Part shown: positions 36,201-42,200 of the stretch, piece after piece | How the letters are laid out: each line of letters starts with the position of its first letter | How positions within the stretch are numbered: position 1 is the stretch's first letter | NCBI GenBank assembly: GCA_964479425.1 | Contig: CAYZMD010000002.1 | Span: 1 to 44,482 of the forward strand | Length of the DNA stretch: 44,482 nucleotides | Source: an uncultured Methanosarcinales archaeon | Lineage (GTDB): Archaea > Nanobdellota > Nanobdellia > Woesearchaeales > CAYSVS01 | Direction of reading: 5' to 3' | Position numbers and translations under genes: made by a program | Notes under the pieces: model-generated | The model's database searches: none | What the model was told of the DNA's origin: nothing | The model's input: the letters and a program-made list of their open reading frames with translations, nothing else

Positions 36201-39200
36201 AGGCCTGGTTCCTATTTGCTTTTGTGGAACCATAAGCCAATCTCGGATATTTTTTAACTTCATATACAAAAGGTTTCCCTTTATCGATTGCAATATCAAA
36301 ACTAATTTTTGATTTAGTTGCTTTATCTGGAGCATTTGAAAAATCGCTTTTTCTAAATGCAAAGTATTCTAATGATATTTCATCAAAATAATCAACATTT
36401 ACTAAATTTTGAGATAACAGTGTTTGGTATCTTGAAATAACAAACAGAACACCATCTAAAGCAGTATATTGTCTTGATTCCTCTTTATTTTTCAATGCAG
36501 AATCTATTAATTTATTATTAGACTCTATTATCTTCTCTATAGATTCTGCCCTTAGCCCCTTTTCCCGAAGTAAAACCTCTAAGTTAACGAGAGCAATTCT
36601 TGTTTCTTTTTCTTTAAATTGAACTATGTCTACTATTTTTGTTAAATCACTTAAATCTGAACTTAAAGATGGATTTATGTTTTCTAACGCTCTAAATCTT
36701 CTTTTGGTGTTTGACGAAGAAAGCACGTGAGTATCATATTCATTAAGACTACTTTCTTCTTGTATAAGTATTTCATCGATTTCGTGTTTTATAACTAATT
36801 CTAATATATCTGTCATATCTGATTCATGATTTTCTTTTAAATTAGAATTCAATTTTATATAATCAATAGTTACTATCCAATTATCTCCTTTTTTACTAAT
36901 TTGAGTAATTGTTGGAAGTCGACCTACTACTATTTCAATATTATTTGTTAATTTTACTTTTCCTTCTTTCAAAAAAGAAGTAGAATCAAAATTATTCATT
37001 AACTCATTAGTTTCATCATGAACTTTGCTTTTCAAATTTTCATTTGTTTTCAAAGCATCTCTGGCAATTTGTAAATTTAAAGCTTCCTCACCTAAATATG
37101 AAAAAGAAAATGTAGTTTGAACTTCAGCGTCAACCGTTGGTGCTGACTCTACAGTAATAGTTTCTGAGGCTATGTCTTTTTCAGAAATTAATTGTTGTTC
37201 ATTTTTAATATTCTTTAATCTCTCGTCGATATTATCAGTTGGTTCAGTGATTTCATACCCTTCTTCTATACCATTAATCACATGTTGATTCTCATCAAAA
37301 TAAGGTACCCAAATTTGACTACCTGCTTCTTTTTTCAATACAAGAATCATAGGCTTACCTAAATTATAAGCAAAGTGCATCATGCCACCTTCTACAGTAA
37401 CCACTTTATCTGAATTTTTTACAAATTGATTTGTATAACCCTTGGAAGGACCTGGAAGAACATGAGCATGTTTTCTTTGTTCAGGTGTTAACATATCATA
37501 AACTTGCGTTGCAATATCTTCTGTTCCCCATATTTTATCATTAGGAGAAATAGCAATAAATTCTCCGCTATCAATTAATTTCCCTATGTCTTTTGATAAT
37601 TGATCTAAGCTAGTATATCCTTTATTATATCTTTGACCACCAAAGCCATTAAACAAAGTAACTTTACGATTTTCATTATTTTTAGATACAACATTTTTAT
37701 CCCAATATTCATTAGCTTCAGCGTCCTCTTTAGCAACAATAAAATTATCAGTAACTGGCTGCTGAGTGCCAACTCTCATTGGTAAGCCTAAATATGCTAG
37801 CATTTTAGAACCTGGTGAATATACATTTGTTTTATCTTCAAATTGAATATCTGCTCCATCAATATCTAAATCTACTGAAAAAGAAACTTGAGCCATATTC
37901 ATTTTTATTGGAGCTTTCTTTTCTTTGACAATCTTATCCATTTCATTCAGACCACCATAGAAACTATCAAATTGAACAGTCATATCATAATCATTATTCT
38001 TAAAATCCTCTTCCATTAAAGAGAGCTCTTTTGTTTCAAATTTTTCTGATTGGCTATATAATTTTGGCCTATTCGTATAAAGAATAATTTTTAAATTTGG
38101 ATACTTATCTTTTAAAGCTTGAATTAAGTTTGCAACCCTGATAAGTTCATCTCCCATACCATCGCGAATTTGATGATATACTGCCACAGTATTACCTTCT
38201 CTAAGAATTCTATCAAAATTATTTACATCATCAAAATATGAGTAAGGAATGTTATGTTTTTTAGCATACTCTTCATTTAATTCCACATTTTCAGATTGTG
38301 CTTTTAAAGATAATGCTGTTACTATATTTTTTTCAGAAATAAAACCAACAGGAATTGACTCCTCTAATAACTTTTGAAGTAATAAATTAGCATTCGAAGA
38401 CGAGTATAAATCAACAATATTATCATATATTAAGTCTAATACTTTTTTCTTAACTTCTTTATAGTCGGGGTTAGACAAAGCATCAACTAATAATTCTGCT
38501 TTATTTGGCATTTTTATTAATATTTTGAATGCTGCATTTGAGAGCTTAGGATCTTTTAAGTTTTTAATCATAGAATTAACTACTCTTTTATTAATAGAAG
38601 GATCAATAGCAGCCCAATGTTCTATAACGCCTTCAAGACTTTCTTGTGATTTTTCATTTTCAAAATCTTCACTTAATCCAATAATTAAATCGCCCAAAAG
38701 CCTGTTGCTCTCTAAAAATTTATAAGTAGTAAAGTAAAGATCTCCTCCCAATGACATTTGAGAAAATCTGCTTATTAACTCATTAATTAACTTCTTATTT
38801 CCTACTCTTGCAATCCCTTTGATAACAGAATCTTGAAATGAACGGCTTGCTTTTTCTTTCATTAATAATTCTTCAAGAAGCGGTGCTGCATTATCTCCAC
38901 CCAAAAAAATAATTTGTTCAATAATTATATCAAGGTAGCTGTACTTAAGAGAGGAGCTAGGTACATTAGGGTTAAGTGTCTTAGCCTGGTCTATTAAAAT
39001 GTCAAGAGATTCTGGAAAATATCCTAAGCCTCTAATAGCTATACGCCTTATATCTTCTGAATCATCATTCAATAATTCTTTATACATTTCAAAATCACGA
39101 TAACCAAGGTTTAGCAAATATCTAGCAGCTGAATCTCTTGTTTCCGGGTCTTTAACAGCATCTACTAATATTTTTAAAGCCAAAGGATCTTTAAATTTTT

Positions 39201-42200
39201 CAAAATATTCAGCAGCAGCATAAACTGCATTATATTTATATTCTGGATTTAACGCTACGTTCTGTAAGATTTCTATAACTCTATCGTCTTGGAATGGGAT
39301 TGAAGACAAGGCCGAAATAATATTTTTATTATCTATCTGATTTTGACCATACATTGAAATTAATATATTCCATTCTTTTACATTTGCATCTTGCTCCATT
39401 GCCAATATTGCTACTTTTCTTATTTCAGGGGAATATGAATCTGATAAAAATTGCTCAAATAGTGGTCTTGCTTTCTTTGAATTCATACGTTTTAAAACAA
39501 TTAATGCTTGTTGCTTTTGTACGTCAGTACCAGTTTTTAAGAATTCTATCATTCTATCTTCAGCGACTGAGCCAAATTCACTTAAAGCCCTTAATGAATC
39601 ATGAGGATAACGTAAATTATCTTCATAAACCTTAGGAAACATTGAGATGATTATGTCAATTGCTACAGGGTCGCCTATTTTTTTAAATATATCAATTAGA
39701 TCAGAATTATCAATAGAATCAATATTTTCAATTAATAAAGAAATAGCTGGTTTTCCAATTAATTCTAAAGCATCCTTAGCTCTCCATGATTTTCTGCCCT
39801 TTGTTTTTAGTACTTCTACAAGTTGTGGAATTAAAGTTTCGTAATTTAATTCGTCAACTTCAATGCCAGCTTCTTTTACCTTCTCTAATATTTGTTCTTC
39901 AAGAGATGGTTTTGATTCTGTTCTTTTATATTCAGCGATTGCTTGATTTCTTTCTTCAATGGTTTTTAAAGAAACAATTTTGTTAATATCATCACCAGAC
40001 ATCCTAGCTAATTGCCAATATATTGCTCTTACTTCTTTAAAATTTCCTTCAAAATTATAAAAATAATCACGTAAAAGAATACGCCTAGTATCTCCTACAC
40101 TTTGTGATGAAATTTCGATTTCAGAACCAGTAAAATATAATTCTGAATACGTTCTTTTTAATACATCAGAAACATAATTATTATTCTTAGGGTCCAATGA
40201 TAAATCTAAGAGAGTTGCATATACTCTTGAAGGATTATCTAATATCCTTAAAGCCTCAATTGCTTTTGTCTTTTCTACGCCGTAAGAAGGTTCAGATAAT
40301 TTATTAAACAATTCATTAATTGTATTTTCATAGCTTTTACTAGTATCGATTCCAGCTTCGTTTGCCAATTTTATTATTTGTGCTTCTTTATCCTGGGAAT
40401 TTATACCTACAATATTTTCAAGTAAACTTTCAGAGGCTTTTCTTTGATTATCAGTTATTATTTTTCTCTCAAGAATGTAAGCTTCTATTTGCTTGTCAGT
40501 TATTATTTCTCTATCAAAAGCGTAAGCTTCTGTTTCAGCTTCTTCAATAATAGCTTTCTGATCTGCAATCTTCTTTTCCAAATCTGAGATTTGTTCTCTA
40601 TTACGCCAATTTTGAAATCCGTTGTATAAATTCTGTAATGTGCCAACTCCAAATAGACCAACTTTTGCTGTTGTTGATACTTTTACTTCTGCAAGTTCTT
40701 TTTCTAATTCATTAATTATTTTTTCGATGTTATCAGTTGATTCTGTTTGTATTAAACGTGAGGCTTCATCTTGGATTTTATATCCTTCTTTCTCTTGTTC
40801 AAGGTTAAATTGTAATTGTTCTAAATATTCTATTGCTTGTTTCGCATCATCTTTAGAATAATATACCAATGATTCTTCTGTTTGTGTTTCACGTAAGTTA
40901 TTAACAGCTCTAATTCGTGAATCGACATTATCTAATGAAGTTTCTAAGCGCCTTTCTAGTGAATTACTACGAATTAATCTATCAGCGCTTTCCTGAACAT
41001 CTTCATTTTCACTTTCTAACATTTTATCAAAAGATTTTACTTCAATATTTTTTCCTTTTTCTTGAGATAATTTTTGAACTAATTCTACTTTATCTCTAGG
41101 AACATATAATACTAAATTATCAGTATCAACGCTTTCTATACCACGTTCACCTGGAATAGTTGATGCAACTTTGACTGTTTCACCTTCATGTCTAATTCCA
41201 TATAATATTGAGAAAGGATTACTTATTAACTCTTTTTCCAAATCACTTAATTCATTCCAGCCTTCTATTCTATTTATTAATAAATTAATTCTTAGTTCTA
41301 AATCCTCTTGAGTATATCGCCATTCTCCCCCTCCAACTCTTTCTCCCCTAGCAAATTTTTCTTTTGTTGCAAGCAAATATGATAACTCAAACTTACCTGA
41401 TTCTGGACTCCATCCTTCTAAACTGTCTGATCTTAAAGCATAATCAGTGCCCCGATCTATAAAACGGGCTTCTACTACTGAAACATAATTTTGACTAACT
41501 CCCGCTATACCCCCAACTAATTCTCCAGTATAGGTTGTAGATGAGTCTTGCTGACCAAATGGTACTAATCCATTATCTATAATATTTAGTAAACTTCCTG
41601 AACCTGAACCATGATAAAAATTAGGTTCATTTTCCTCTTTGACAATATCTTCCAAAGCTTTCTTAACTGGTTCTTCAGCTTTAATCTTTGAATTTAATCC
41701 AGGCAAGACATTATTTTGATAATTGTAACTTGCAATCTCATTTACTTTTTCTAAATAAGGTTGTAATATTTCTAATGGCAAACCATTTGGATATTTTTGT
41801 TTGAATTTTGTAATATCATCATCTGTTAAAATATTTTTAGCATCACGACTTGGCACTTTATATAATACGTTTTCAATGTCTTGAGGATTATCATTTAAGA
41901 ATGCTAATATTAATTTTAATTCTTGATCTTCAAATTGGGATTTCTTATTATCTTCTGTTTGAAGATAGCTCTCATCATTGTCTTGGATATTTTGTTGCTT
42001 TTTATTTTCTAATAATTGATTATTAACTTCTTTAGCAATTGCTTCTTGCTCTGCAATCTGTTTTTCCAAAGCTGCAATTTTATCTCTGTTACGCCAATTT
42101 TGAAATCCGTTGTATAGATTTTGTAATGTGCCAACTCCAATGAATCCTATTTTGGATGTTGTTGAACCTCTTATTCTTCTAAGTTCTTTTTCTAATTCAT

